From positions 12,502-69,288 of the forward strand of contig CAZLXD010000001.1 in NCBI GenBank assembly GCA_964563185.1: DNA of 56,787 bases, in the 5' to 3' direction. Every line of letters starts with the position of its first letter. Within the stretch, counting starts at the first letter, position 1. Position numbers and translations under genes: made by a program. This stretch comes from an uncultured Chitinophaga sp. (GTDB lineage: Bacteria; Bacteroidota; Bacteroidia; Chitinophagales; LD1). The notes beneath the pieces were generated by a model that worked only from the letters and a program-made list of their open reading frames with translations, had not been told where the DNA came from and made no database searches. Of this stretch, positions 9,389 through 19,754 are shown piece by piece.

Positions 9389-12300
9389 CTAATTTAGTTC
9401 CACCTTTACCTTCAACAACTCCTCATTCAACTCCACCTCATCAAACTCATTTAAAGAATCTACCAACACAATGTCTTTTGCCAGAATTTCGTTGGCAATG
9501 TATTCTTTAAATGTTTCCAGCGTTTTTGCCATTGTTTCGTTTTGAACTACAGAAACTTTAATTCTGTCCAACACCTGAAAGTCTTTGTCCTTGCGCAGGT
9601 TTTGCACTTTGTTCACAAACTCGCGGGCGTTTCCTTCGTTGCGCAGTTCATCAGTAATGGTTACATCCAAAGCCACAGTTAGGCCACTTTCACTGGCCAC
9701 TAACCAGCCGGGGATATCTTCTGTAAGAATCTCTACATCGGTTGGCAACAACTCAAACGCTTCACCTTCCAAATTCAGAATGTATTTCTGATCGCGCTCC
9801 ATTTTTGTTATGTCATCTGTTGTAAAAGCATTTACCGCGTTCTGAATAGCTTTCATTTTCGCTCCGGCACGTTTACCCAACTCCTTAAAGTTTGGCTTGA
9901 TTTTCTTCTTCACAATACCCGAAGCATCATCTACGTACTCAATCTGCTTCACATTCACCTCACTCAAAATGTAGCTTTCCACTTTGCTGAACTGTGTTTT
10001 CATTTTCTCGTTCAGCACGGGTATCAGCACTTTTGATAGCGGCTGACGAACTTTTATCTTTTCTTTCTTGCGAAGCGAAAGAATCAATGAGCAAGCGCGC
10101 TGCGCCAGTTCCATTCTTTCCTCTAAGTCTTTATCCAGTAAACTTTCGCTAGCCTGCACCAAATATGAAACATGCACCGATTCAGTTCCTGCATTCAGGT
10201 TTTTATACAACCAATCGCTGAAGAACGGAGAAACGGGGCTCATAAGTTGTGCTGCCACATTCAAACATTCATACAAAGTTTCGTAAGCGGCTTTCTTGTC
10301 TTCGCTCATTTCGCCTTTCCAAAAACGTCTGCGGTTGAGGCGCACATACCAGTTGCTCAAATCCTCATCCACAAATTTTTCGATAGCGCGAGCCGCCTTG
10401 GTTGGCTCGTAATCGTTGTAGTAAGCGGTTACTTCCTTAATCAACGACTGTAGTTTGGAAATAATCCAACGGTCGAGTTCCGGGCGGCTCTCTACCGGAA
10501 CAATATTTTGTTCGTCAATTTTCCAACCGTCAATGTTGGCATACAGAGCGAAGAAACCGTATGTGTTATACAACGTGCCGAAGTGCGAACGAATCACATC
10601 CTGCAAGCCGTTCATGTCGAACTTCATGTTTTCCCACGGGTCGCTGTTGCGCATCATATACCAGCGCGTGGCATCGGCTGAATATTTTTCGATGGTATCG
10701 AAAGGGTCTATCACATTGCCGAGGCGCTTGCTCATTTTGTTGCCGCCTTTATCTAACAGCAAACCGTTGCTTACTACATTTTTGTAAGCCACCGAATCAA
10801 ACAGAGCCACTCCCAAAACATGCAGGGTAAAGAACCAACCGCGCGTTTGGTCAACACCTTCCGCAATAAAGTCGGCCGGGAAATTCTTTTTGAAAACATC
10901 TTCGTTCTCGAATGGATAATGCCATTGTGCATAAGGCATAGCGCCTGAATCGAACCAAACATCAATTAAATCGCTGACGCGTTTCATTGGTTTGCCGGAA
11001 TCAGAAACCAAAACTATCTCATCAACGAAGGGTTTGTGTAAATCTGGAACGCTTTTCCCTGTTGGGTCAATGTCAATGACATCCCCCCCATGTTCGTCCT
11101 TATGCACAACATCGGTTGGCAACAATGCCAATTCTTCCCATTTCATAAATTCCTTATCTACGGACTTGCGTATTTCATCCTCTAACTCCTTCTTCGAACC
11201 AATACATTTCGTTTCGCTTCCGTCTTCGGTTGTCCATATAGGCAGCGGAGTTCCCCAATAGCGGGAACGCGACAAATTCCAATCCACCAAATTTTCCAAC
11301 CACTGGCCAAAGCGACCTTCACCGGTGTGTGCCGGTTTCCAGTTGATGGATTTGTTCAACTCAATCAAGCGGTCTTTAATGGCGGTAGTGCGAATGAACC
11401 AGCTATCCAAGGGATAATAAATGACCGGCTTATCGGTGCGCCAACAGTGCGGGTAGTTGTGCTCGTATTTCTCGGTTTTGAAGAGTTTGTTTTCGAGCTT
11501 CAGCTTCAGCACAATCAAATCATCTGCACTCATGTAACTCTTCAAATCAGCAATAATGTTGTTAGTGCGCAGAATTTCGTGTTGCAGTTTGAACTCCTGT
11601 TCTTTCTCCGCATCGGTGAGGTATGCTTCCTTTACATAGCGGCCTTGCAGCGGAAACACGGGGTCGTTTACATCATCGGTAAACTTGCCGCTTCTATCTA
11701 CCAGCGTAAGCGAGCCAATGCCATTTTGCTTTGCTACTTTAAAGTCATCGCTACCGAAAGATGGCGCAATGTGAACAATACCTGTTCCATCAGTGGTAGT
11801 TACAAAATCTCCCAACACCACTCGGAAAGCATCGCCATCGGTGGGTTGAGTGTAACGCAGAAGTTGTTCGTAGCGGATGCCTTCGAGTGCTGAGCCCTTG
11901 AAAACTTCAACAGAAGCTTCACCTAATCCATTTCCATCACCAAATCCAGCTCCACTACCAAGGCCACCTCCATATCCAGTTCCATCGCCAAACTCGATAA
12001 CTCCAACATTAAAGTATGCTAGTATACGGTCTTTTGCCAAAATCACTTTTGCTTGTTCGCCTGTAAACTTGTTGGGAGTTTTTGCCACAACGTACTCAAC
12101 ATCTTTCCCTACCGCCAACGCAGTATTACTTGGCAAAGTCCAAGGTGTAGTAGTCCAAGCTAAAAAGCGAACATCTTCATCATCGCTATCAAAAAGGAAA
12201 GCTGACTTTTCATCTTTGATTACTTTGAATTGTGCAATAGCACTCACATCCTTCACATTTCTATAGCAACCCGGCTGGTTCAGCTCATGCGAGCTTAAAC

Positions 12301-12889
12301 CTGTTCCTGCGGCAGGCGAGTATGGCTGAATGGTGTAGCCCTCATAAAGCAATCCTTTATCGTAAAGTTTTTTCAGTAGCGCCCACAAACTTTCAATATA
12401 GTTGTTCTCGTAGGTAATGTATGGGTTATCCATATCTACCCAGTAACCCATTTTGCGCGTCAGGTCGTTCCAGATGTCGGTGAACTTCATTACATCTTCG
12501 CGGCAAAGCTTGTTGTATTCCGCTACGGTAATTTTTGTACCGATGTCGGCTTTGGTAATGCCAATTTGTTTTTCTACACCCAGTTCAACCGGCAAACCGT
12601 GCGTATCCCAACCGGCTTTTCTTTCCACTCTGTAACCCTGCAGGGTTTTAAAGCGGCAGAACAAATCCTTAATGGTGCGGCTCATTACGTGGTGAATGCC
12701 GGGCTTGCCGTTGGCGCTTGGCGGACCTTCGTAAAACACAAAGCGCTTGTCATCGGGGCGGGTGTTCACGCTCTGCTCAAACACTTTATTCTCTTCCCAC
12801 CATTTCAAAATTTCTTTTTCAATGGTTGGCAGGTGCAGTTGGTCGTATTCGGGGTACTGGTTCGGCTTGTCTGAATTTTTGCGGTTCAT
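9389..12889 (-). CDS. ileS: Isoleucine--tRNA ligase (type 2, long Bacteroidota form)
   Basis: HIGH-type motif (PPSANGKPGIHHV), KMSKRLGN (KMSKS) and a CP1 editing domain. 1166 aa. Confidence 0.97.
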   Translation of the reverse strand: MNRKNSDKPNQYPEYDQLHLPTIEKEILKWWEENKVFEQSVNTRPDDKRFVFYEGPPSANGKPGIHHVMSRTIKDLFCRFKTLQGYRVERKAGWDTHGLPVELGVEKQIGITKADIGTKITVAEYNKLCREDVMKFTDIWNDLTRKMGYWVDMDNPYITYENNYIESLWALLKKLYDKGLLYEGYTIQPYSPAAGTGLSSHELNQPGCYRNVKDVSAIAQFKVIKDEKSAFLFDSDDEDVRFLAWTTTPWTLPSNTALAVGKDVEYVVAKTPNKFTGEQAKVILAKDRILAYFNVGVIEFGDGTGYGGGLGSGAGFGDGNGLGEASVEVFKGSALEGIRYEQLLRYTQPTDGDAFRVVLGDFVTTTDGTGIVHIAPSFGSDDFKVAKQNGIGSLTLVDRSGKFTDDVNDPVFPLQGRYVKEAYLTDAEKEQEFKLQHEILRTNNIIADLKSYMSADDLIVLKLKLENKLFKTEKYEHNYPHCWRTDKPVIYYPLDSWFIRTTAIKDRLIELNKSINWKPAHTGEGRFGQWLENLVDWNLSRSRYWGTPLPIWTTEDGSETKCIGSKKELEDEIRKSVDKEFMKWEELALLPTDVVHKDEHGGDVIDIDPTGKSVPDLHKPFVDEIVLVSDSGKPMKRVSDLIDVWFDSGAMPYAQWHYPFENEDVFKKNFPADFIAEGVDQTRGWFFTLHVLGVALFDSVAYKNVVSNGLLLDKGGNKMSKRLGNVIDPFDTIEKYSADATRWYMMRNSDPWENMKFDMNGLQDVIRSHFGTLYNTYGFFALYANIDGWKIDEQNIVPVESRPELDRWIISKLQSLIKEVTAYYNDYEPTKAARAIEKFVDEDLSNWYVRLNRRRFWKGEMSEDKKAAYETLYECLNVAAQLMSPVSPFFSDWLYKNLNAGTESVHVSYLVQASESLLDKDLEERMELAQRACSLILSLRKKEKIKVRQPLSKVLIPVLNEKMKTQFSKVESYILSEVNVKQIEYVDDASGIVKKKIKPNFKELGKRAGAKMKAIQNAVNAFTTDDITKMERDQKYILNLEGEAFELLPTDVEILTEDIPGWLVASESGLTVALDVTITDELRNEGNAREFVNKVQNLRKDKDFQVLDRIKVSVVQNETMAKTLETFKEYIANEILAKDIVLVDSLNEFDEVELNEELLKVKVELN

Positions 12890-12984
12890 AAGGGGGGCGA
12901 AGATAATAAATGACCATTGACCTGCCCACGCGCAATATGCCGCCCGCTTTAGCGTTTAAACGGGCTTTTAATACTTTCGCCAGT

Positions 12985-15312
12985 ATGAGTTTTTACCGTC
13001 TTTTTCCGTTTGCCTTTTATTGCCTTTTGCTGGTTTCACATGCCGCTAAAGCGCAGGAACGCCAGTTGGGAACATGGAAATCGTTTACCCCGTTTGGCGC
13101 TTCCAGGGCTATTTGCGATGCGGGTGACAAGGTTTTCAGCGCATCTACCAACTCTGTTTTTTCAGTAGACAAGAACACCGGAGAGGTGCGAACTTATGAT
13201 AAGTCTACGGGGCTGAGCGATATCGGGGTAAAAACCATGAACTATGACCCGGCTACCGATGTACTGGCTATAGCATACAATAACAGCAACCTTGACCTGA
13301 TTTACCACGAAACTGACATTTACAATGTAGCTGACTTTAAAAACGAAAACACTTCGGGTTCGGTGGGTATTAACGGAATTTCGTTTTACAACGGTAACTG
13401 TTATGTATCATCTGACATGGGCATTTCGGTGATTGACCTGACAAAAAAAGAAATTAAGAACACCTACATTATTGGCTCTACAGGGCAGCAAGTACGGGTG
13501 TATGCAGCAGCCACCGATGGCAGCTATATTTATGCAGCTACACAGGAAGGAGTTAAGCGGGCCTCACTCACCTCGGCAAATCTGCAGGACTTCAACTCCT
13601 GGATTTTGTTTACAGCAGGTAGCGGCATACCCGCCAAAAAGGCAAAGTATGTAGAAGTGTTTAATGGTAAGGCATACGCGGTGGTAGATGGAAACGGCAC
13701 CGATACCCTGTATGAATTTTTATCCGGAACCTGGGGTAAACTCTATTTTGACGCACAGCACACTATTACCAGCCTTAACCGCATAGGCAGTACGCTTTAT
13801 TTCACTATTTGGAACAACAACAATACAACCGGCAAAAACGCCAAAGTAGATGCGGCTGGAAATATGGCTGTAAGCAATGTTCAAGGACATGTGCGCCCTA
13901 TTGGTTGGTTTGAAAGCAATGGTATTTCGTGGGAAGGTGATTTTTGGAACGGCCTTTTTAAGAATAATCAAGGAAACATTGAAAAGATAATTCCTGACGG
14001 CCCTTTCAGCTCATCAGTTTTTCGCATAGATGTGTCGGGCGGAAATGTAAATATTGCTCCGGGCGGTGTTGACGATTCGTGGGGATTTACTTACAATCAG
14101 GATGGTTTTTTTATGTATGAGGATGACAAGTGGACCAACATCAATCAGTATAATTTTGGGGCTTTAACGGAGTGGAGCGATGTGTTAGCGGTAGCCAGCA
14201 ACCCGGTAAAACAAAAAACTTACTTCGGTTCCTTTTTTGCCGGCCTCATAGAATACGACCATAACTCAAAAGCAGTAATTCAATACAACAAATGGAACAG
14301 CATACTGGAAGGTGCTGTGGGCGACACTCAGCGTACAAAAATTAGCAGCCTGGCAGCCGATAAAGATGGAAATGTTTGGATTGGAAATGCCGGGGCAACT
14401 AAACCTATAAAAATGATTCCTGCCAACGGTTCATCCTGGAAGGAATTTTCTATCCCCTACAATATCTCGCTGATGAAACGCATTTTAATAGATGCTTACG
14501 GACAGTTATGGGCACTGGTTCGCAGAAGTGGTGAAGGCCTTATGGTTTGGAGTAACAGCGGGACCCTTGATAATGCAAGCGATGACAAAGCGCGGTTACT
14601 AACCACAGGAAGCGGCTCGGGTGCTTTGCCCGATGCCATGTGTCACAGTATAGCGGAGGATAAGGATGGAAATATTTGGGTGGGTACTAATCAGGGAATA
14701 GGAGTTTTTTATTGCCCGGGGAGTGTGCTTACCTCCAACGGCTGCGATGCCGACCAGATAAAAGTGGAACGCGATGGCTACATAGGTTATTTGTTTGGAA
14801 CGGAAAGCGTGCGGGCTATTGCTGTAGATGCGGCCAACCGAAAGTGGATTGGAACTACCAATGGGGTGTGGCTTATTTCAGCTGATGGCAAACAGGAACT
14901 TTTAAAGTTTAATGTGGACAATAGCCCGCTACCGGCCAATCAGGTAACAGATATTGATATTGACGACAACACCGGTGAAGTTTTTATTGGTACCACCGGA
15001 GGTTTGGTAAGTTATCAGGGCGATGCGATGAGCGAGTGTGCCGACTGTGAATCAGCGTTGGTTTATCCCAATCCGGTTAAGCCTGATTATGATGGGCCGA
15101 TTGCCATAAAAGGTTTAGTGGAAGATGCCTATGTGAAAATTACCGATGTAAGCGGCACTCTGGTGTTTCAGGGAAGAGCTAACGGAAGCCAGATGATTTG
15201 GGATGGAAAAGGCTACAACGGACAGCGCGCAAAAAGCGGGGTTTATTTAGTATTCAGCTCTACCGACCTGGGAAAAGAAAAACGGGTGGCGAAGATTCTT
15301 TTAATGAACTAG
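12985..15312 (+). CDS. PorZ-like T9SS protein: double beta-propeller (two-component regulator propeller repeats) with a T9SS C-terminal sorting domain
   Basis: The likely start is MSFYRLFPFAFYCLLLVSHAAKAQ (signal peptide); the ORF is open from 12910. Repeated xGxxWIGTxxG propeller motifs (DGNVWIGNAG, DGNIWVGTNQG, NRKWIGTTNG, TGEVFIGTTGG). C-terminus is VYPNPVKPDYDGPIAIKGL...SGVYLVFS...KILLMN. The mature length of about 775 aa matches PorZ. Confidence 0.65.
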   Translation: MSFYRLFPFAFYCLLLVSHAAKAQERQLGTWKSFTPFGASRAICDAGDKVFSASTNSVFSVDKNTGEVRTYDKSTGLSDIGVKTMNYDPATDVLAIAYNNSNLDLIYHETDIYNVADFKNENTSGSVGINGISFYNGNCYVSSDMGISVIDLTKKEIKNTYIIGSTGQQVRVYAAATDGSYIYAATQEGVKRASLTSANLQDFNSWILFTAGSGIPAKKAKYVEVFNGKAYAVVDGNGTDTLYEFLSGTWGKLYFDAQHTITSLNRIGSTLYFTIWNNNNTTGKNAKVDAAGNMAVSNVQGHVRPIGWFESNGISWEGDFWNGLFKNNQGNIEKIIPDGPFSSSVFRIDVSGGNVNIAPGGVDDSWGFTYNQDGFFMYEDDKWTNINQYNFGALTEWSDVLAVASNPVKQKTYFGSFFAGLIEYDHNSKAVIQYNKWNSILEGAVGDTQRTKISSLAADKDGNVWIGNAGATKPIKMIPANGSSWKEFSIPYNISLMKRILIDAYGQLWALVRRSGEGLMVWSNSGTLDNASDDKARLLTTGSGSGALPDAMCHSIAEDKDGNIWVGTNQGIGVFYCPGSVLTSNGCDADQIKVERDGYIGYLFGTESVRAIAVDAANRKWIGTTNGVWLISADGKQELLKFNVDNSPLPANQVTDIDIDDNTGEVFIGTTGGLVSYQGDAMSECADCESALVYPNPVKPDYDGPIAIKGLVEDAYVKITDVSGTLVFQGRANGSQMIWDGKGYNGQRAKSGVYLVFSSTDLGKEKRVAKILLMN

Positions 15313-16937
15313 AATCCTTCTACTATTCTCCACTCTCCTCCGCATTGATACAGATAAACCGCTCCGGGGGTTTTTGTTTTGAAGTGAATGTTATAGGAAT
15401 GATTCCATTCGTCAATGGCTACTGAATAGTTGTTGGCAGAATAGCTGTTGGCGCCCTTTCCTCCTGCCCACCACCAGTTGCCCCATTGGGCAAAAGTTAC
15501 TTTTAGCTCGTTGTCCGAAATTTTCTCTGCCACTACTGAGTCGCTCATTGAATTCATATTGTAAGAAAGCACTTGAATAATCTTGCTTTCGAAATCTTTG
15601 CCATACATCAACTTATACGTTTCTGCGAATGAGTTGTCAGGAGGAAAGGTGCGGAACATATAAGTGCCCCGGTAATTATCCGGAAGGTTCAGAATGAAAA
15701 TGTGCTGCGCATTTTGGTGGTCAAATTTTTCCAGCAACGACTGGCGGACAATGTGGTTATTCTTCCAGCTTTCGGTATTACCCCCCAGAAACTTTAGCTG
15801 AAAAGAGAGAAGTGCAAACACTGCTAACCAACCTGCATAACTCAGAAAAGTTATCAGTGAAAAAGCAACAAACTGTGCTGCGAATACCGAAGCCAGATAA
15901 GTAAATCGGTCGCCTTCAACATTCGTTATGCTATAAAAATACAGGTTGAGGATTGGGGAAAGCGAAAGCGCAAAAGCTGCCAACAAGAAAAGCGCCACTC
16001 TGAAAGCAGCAGATACCCTTTTGTAGAAAATGGCTGTTCCTACTAAAACCAAAGTTGACACCGCAACAAATACCTGGGCTTTGTTTTGAAACAATACATA
16101 AAGCGCCTCCTTTTTCTCATGAGGCCAAAACTGAGCAAGGGCAAAAAATTTTGCCGAGTAACTCATAAGATTAGCAGTTAGAAGGGAAGGGCTAAAGTTA
16201 AAGTGTGTATCGGCCCCATAATGGCCGGCAAAGTTTCCGCGCAGCAATTTGCTCAGCAAAAAGTAACCTGCCACACACATAGCGGAGGGCAACACAAAAA
16301 GCAAAACCAGTTTTACCTTATCCTGAACGGCAAAATGCTTTAGAGGAAACAACAGTATAAATGCCAACAACACAAGCGGAAGGCTAAAGCTTATTTCAAG
16401 AGTGAAAACCGCAACAATGAAAACCGAATAGAAGGCCGCAATGTTTTTCCGATCGGCCGTTTCCAGAAACCTGATGAAGAACAAGAAAGCCAATAGAACA
16501 AGAAAAGAACAAACCAAATAATGAACACAGGCGTACCAAACCAACACTTCGGTTTGATAAGGGCTAAGCAGAAAAAGGACTGCCCCTAATAAGGAAATGA
16601 ACGCAGCATTAGCCGGTTGAATGTGCTTGAATATTCTGCGAAATACTCCGAATGCAACTGTTGCAACAGCTGCGTGCAGTGCTACAAAAGTCAGCATCCA
16701 TGTAGTGCCGTTGAACTTAAACAAACGCCAAAGCACAAAACCAAACAGGTGATAAACAAAATGCAACGACTTATCGCCAAAAGCATCAAACATGCCCTTC
16801 CAACCAAGCCGGTTATATGTTTCAAACCAACCTATTTCATCGGTTACAAAACCTGCACCGGCTGTTGACTTATAGGCTAACAAACCTGCCAGAAGGAAAA
16901 AGGCAAAAACAACAGGATATATCCTCCGCAACTTCAT
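15309..16937 (-). CDS. Polytopic membrane protein, GT-C-like putative glycosyltransferase
   Basis: About 11-12 predicted TM helices followed by a roughly 150-aa soluble C-terminal domain. An acidic motif (FVTDEIGW) follows TM1. ATGA overlap with the upstream YfhO gene. Confidence 0.7.
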   Translation of the reverse strand: MKLRRIYPVVFAFFLLAGLLAYKSTAGAGFVTDEIGWFETYNRLGWKGMFDAFGDKSLHFVYHLFGFVLWRLFKFNGTTWMLTFVALHAAVATVAFGVFRRIFKHIQPANAAFISLLGAVLFLLSPYQTEVLVWYACVHYLVCSFLVLLAFLFFIRFLETADRKNIAAFYSVFIVAVFTLEISFSLPLVLLAFILLFPLKHFAVQDKVKLVLLFVLPSAMCVAGYFLLSKLLRGNFAGHYGADTHFNFSPSLLTANLMSYSAKFFALAQFWPHEKKEALYVLFQNKAQVFVAVSTLVLVGTAIFYKRVSAAFRVALFLLAAFALSLSPILNLYFYSITNVEGDRFTYLASVFAAQFVAFSLITFLSYAGWLAVFALLSFQLKFLGGNTESWKNNHIVRQSLLEKFDHQNAQHIFILNLPDNYRGTYMFRTFPPDNSFAETYKLMYGKDFESKIIQVLSYNMNSMSDSVVAEKISDNELKVTFAQWGNWWWAGGKGANSYSANNYSVAIDEWNHSYNIHFKTKTPGAVYLYQCGGEWRIVEGF

Positions 16938-19015
16938 TGGCCTGACTTATTTCTTATGTAAAAACGGATGCACAATAACAAAAGAACAAGGTAGCTGAGT
17001 ATTTGTACCGATGCGAACAAGGAGAAATAAGGGGGCCGGAACTGATAGACAATATTGCTCTTACCGGCAGAAACAGGTATGGTCATAAATGTTTGCTTGC
17101 TTATTGCAGGAGTAACATGCTTTCCGTTTAGTGTAACATTCCATCCGGGGAAATGCGCCTGCAAAAGTGTAATGGATGTATTCCGGCTTACCTCGGCTTT
17201 TACCTCAATCCTGTTCGGGGTAAAAGAAGTCAGTTCAGGGCTTGAAGTTGCCGCTAAACTATCTATTAAAGGATTGCCCTTCTCATCGGAAAAATAAACC
17301 AGCGGCTGCGCCAAAACCGTTGGCGCCTCGGCCGAAGTAAAAAATGTCATGTAATCTTTCAGGCAAAAGGCATTAAAGCCATCGGCACAAGGCTCTTTGC
17401 GCAACATACTGGCATTGTAAACCACCGGAGCAAGAATTTCTCCGCCATACTGATTGTAATTCGCAACCGGAGTTTGGCCAGGATTAGGAAAGCCTTTAGG
17501 CAATTGCTTAAATCCGTTATGAAATGTTTCAGTTCTTATTGCAGATACAACTGTGCCTGCCGTGTTTATTTGAGCAGCCAATGCTACATCGGCTATCCAA
17601 ACTACAGAAAGCGCCATAGCCAACCGCTTTCCGCTAAGCAGCAACAAAGCAGCAAACAGCAAAGCCAAAAACAATCCCTGAAAAGCAGACTGCACAACAA
17701 TGGCCTGATAAATATTTCCGCTTTGCAGAAATGCCACCACACTATTAACCGAGGTAAAATCGGGAAACCGCAGCCGTATGTTCTCGTTTTGCGCAGCTAT
17801 TGCAAAACCTGTTATTACCAACACCGAAACCGCAGCAAGGACAATAGCAAGAATTTTTTTTGAGTTGCTTTTTGTTTCAGTATACAAAACGAGCAGTCCA
17901 TCGGCTGCCACAATAAAAAAACACAACAGGGTGATAGAGCGGAAGATGGCAGTATGTCGAAACATCTTCATAAACGGAAGTGATTGATACAACCAGCCTC
18001 GCACCGGCAGGTAAGCGCCCATTGCCGCTAGTAGGCAAAAGATTCCCGCTGCCAGCAAAAACAGGTTCCGTTTGGTGTGGCCGTTAATCAAGGCAATAAC
18101 TATAACAGGTAGCATTAGTAAGCCCATGTATAGGTTCCTCATGGTCATATCGGTGTTGAACAAATCTGCACTTATGGTAGTGCTGAATGGAAATAAAAAG
18201 CTGAGGAAAGAAGCCGGTGAAAAGGGGTTGATGTTGGCAATTTCAAGTGTTAAGCCTTCCGCCCGTTTTAAGTATGGCAAACTTTGAATCAGAGAAGAAA
18301 TATACCCACTGCTTAGCAAGAGAAAAGAAAGCGGCAGCAACAGGGAGTATAATGTTACTTTCCATTTGTTCCCGCTTTTTCCGGTTGTTGCAATATGGTA
18401 AAGGAATAAGGCTGCAAGAGAATAACATGCGAGTACAGTAAAAATCACATAGCCTCCAGTTAAGCACAATGCCAGAAAAAAACCAGCCTGCACAAACCGG
18501 AAGGGTTTTAGCTGCCGGAGTCCTAACAAATAGTAGTTGAATACCCAGGGCAGCCAAGCCACGCTTATAATCCATGTAAGGTGAGAAGAATGGCTGACAA
18601 AAAAACCACTCAAAGGGAATAGCACGGCTATCACCAAAGCAACGACACGTTCATTACCCAAGGTGCGCAACAGCAAATACATTCCCCACGAGGCAATGCC
18701 CAAATGAAGGGCAAATTCAAACTGAATAGTGTAACCATTATAGCCAACCGTTGCGGCCAACAAAAAGCTTACCGGGTACCACAACCCCGCCTGCGGGTCG
18801 GCATACATGGGGTAGCCCAAATGAATGTATGGGCACCAGTAAGGCATCATTCCGTTTTTAAAACATTCGCTGATAAAATAACGGCAGGGGAAAAACTGGT
18901 CCATAATATCCCACTTCATAGCATACACGCCAAAAGTTGCCTGCCAAAACGCCAACAGAGGAACAAGCAAAATGAGTAATATTGGAAAAATTACGGACGG
19001 AAGTTTTTTCGTCAT
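16934..19015 (-). CDS. YfhO family membrane protein
   Basis: MTKKLPSVIFPILLILLV... then AMKWDIMDQFFPCRYFISECFKNGMMPYWCPYIHLGYPMYADPQ, the YfhO N-terminal signature. The ORF-track start at 19129 overlaps recO and is probably a spurious extension. Confidence 0.85.
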   Translation of the reverse strand: MTKKLPSVIFPILLILLVPLLAFWQATFGVYAMKWDIMDQFFPCRYFISECFKNGMMPYWCPYIHLGYPMYADPQAGLWYPVSFLLAATVGYNGYTIQFEFALHLGIASWGMYLLLRTLGNERVVALVIAVLFPLSGFFVSHSSHLTWIISVAWLPWVFNYYLLGLRQLKPFRFVQAGFFLALCLTGGYVIFTVLACYSLAALFLYHIATTGKSGNKWKVTLYSLLLPLSFLLLSSGYISSLIQSLPYLKRAEGLTLEIANINPFSPASFLSFLFPFSTTISADLFNTDMTMRNLYMGLLMLPVIVIALINGHTKRNLFLLAAGIFCLLAAMGAYLPVRGWLYQSLPFMKMFRHTAIFRSITLLCFFIVAADGLLVLYTETKSNSKKILAIVLAAVSVLVITGFAIAAQNENIRLRFPDFTSVNSVVAFLQSGNIYQAIVVQSAFQGLFLALLFAALLLLSGKRLAMALSVVWIADVALAAQINTAGTVVSAIRTETFHNGFKQLPKGFPNPGQTPVANYNQYGGEILAPVVYNASMLRKEPCADGFNAFCLKDYMTFFTSAEAPTVLAQPLVYFSDEKGNPLIDSLAATSSPELTSFTPNRIEVKAEVSRNTSITLLQAHFPGWNVTLNGKHVTPAISKQTFMTIPVSAGKSNIVYQFRPPYFSLFASVQILSYLVLLLLCIRFYIRNKSGQ

Positions 19016-19029
19016 GCTGCAACGAATAT

Positions 19030-19752
19030 ATGTATCATAAAACACGCGGCATTGTTCTACACTGTATAAAGTATTCTGAAACAAGTGTAATTGCCAAAAT
19101 TTATACGGAGAAGCTTGGGCTGCTGTCATTTATGGTGAAAGGGGTTCGTTCCTCTAAATCAAAAGCGAAAGCCAGTATGATGCAGCCGCTTACTATGCTC
19201 GACATGGAGGTGGCTTACCGCGAAAACCGGGGTCTACAGTTTATCAAAGAGTTCAGGCGCGATTACAACTATGAATCGCTTCCGTTTGATACACTAAAAT
19301 CTACCATCGCTATTTTTTTGTTAGAGGTAATTGTAAAGTCCATACATGAGCATGAGCCTAATGATGAAATGTTTGAATTTCTTTATGCAGCGTTGCATCA
19401 ATTAGATAAAGCCGAAAAACTGAATCCCGACTTTCACTTGCTGTTTATGTTGCATTTTTCGCGCTACCTGGGCTTTGCCCCGCACGATAACCACTCCGAC
19501 ACGAATTGTTACTTCGAAATGCAGGAGGGTGTTTTTACAAATTCATTCTCCAATTCCACAGGTGTTTTAGATAAGAAGAGTGCGGCACTTGTTTACGGCT
19601 TGCTTAATGTGTCGCTGTTTACCGAAGAACCATCTTTACTGACCAGAGGAGAGCGCAAACAACTACTGCAACATCTGTTAAAGTTTTATCAGTTACACGT
19701 AGAGAATTTCCAACTAAAATCGCCCGAAGTGCTGGAAGCTATTTTGAGTTAA
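19030..19752 (+). CDS. recO: DNA repair protein RecO
   Basis: MYHKTRGIVLHCIKYSETSVIAKIYTEKLGLLSFMVKGVRS is a typical RecO OB-fold N-terminus. The start was chosen at the internal ATG; the ORF is open from 18982. Confidence 0.9.
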   Translation: MYHKTRGIVLHCIKYSETSVIAKIYTEKLGLLSFMVKGVRSSKSKAKASMMQPLTMLDMEVAYRENRGLQFIKEFRRDYNYESLPFDTLKSTIAIFLLEVIVKSIHEHEPNDEMFEFLYAALHQLDKAEKLNPDFHLLFMLHFSRYLGFAPHDNHSDTNCYFEMQEGVFTNSFSNSTGVLDKKSAALVYGLLNVSLFTEEPSLLTRGERKQLLQHLLKFYQLHVENFQLKSPEVLEAILS

Positions 19753-19754
19753 CC

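Noticed and set aside
11877-12266. 129-aa Pro-rich ORF (PNPFPSPNPAPLPRPPPYPVPSPNS) on the plus strand
   Set aside because: It is antisense to ileS. The Pro-rich run is simply the complement of the Gly-codon-rich insertion, so there is no independent support for coding.
12910-12984. 25-codon N-terminal extension of the PorZ-like ORF
   Set aside because: The signal peptide begins at the second Met (MSFYRLFPFAFY...). The extension has no signal-like character and would crowd the ileS promoter region.
18982-19129. Apparent 148-nt overlap of the divergent YfhO and recO ORFs
   Set aside because: Both ORF-track starts are upstream extensions. The internal starts (MTKKLP at 19015, MYHKTRG at 19030) give canonical N-termini and a 14-bp gap.
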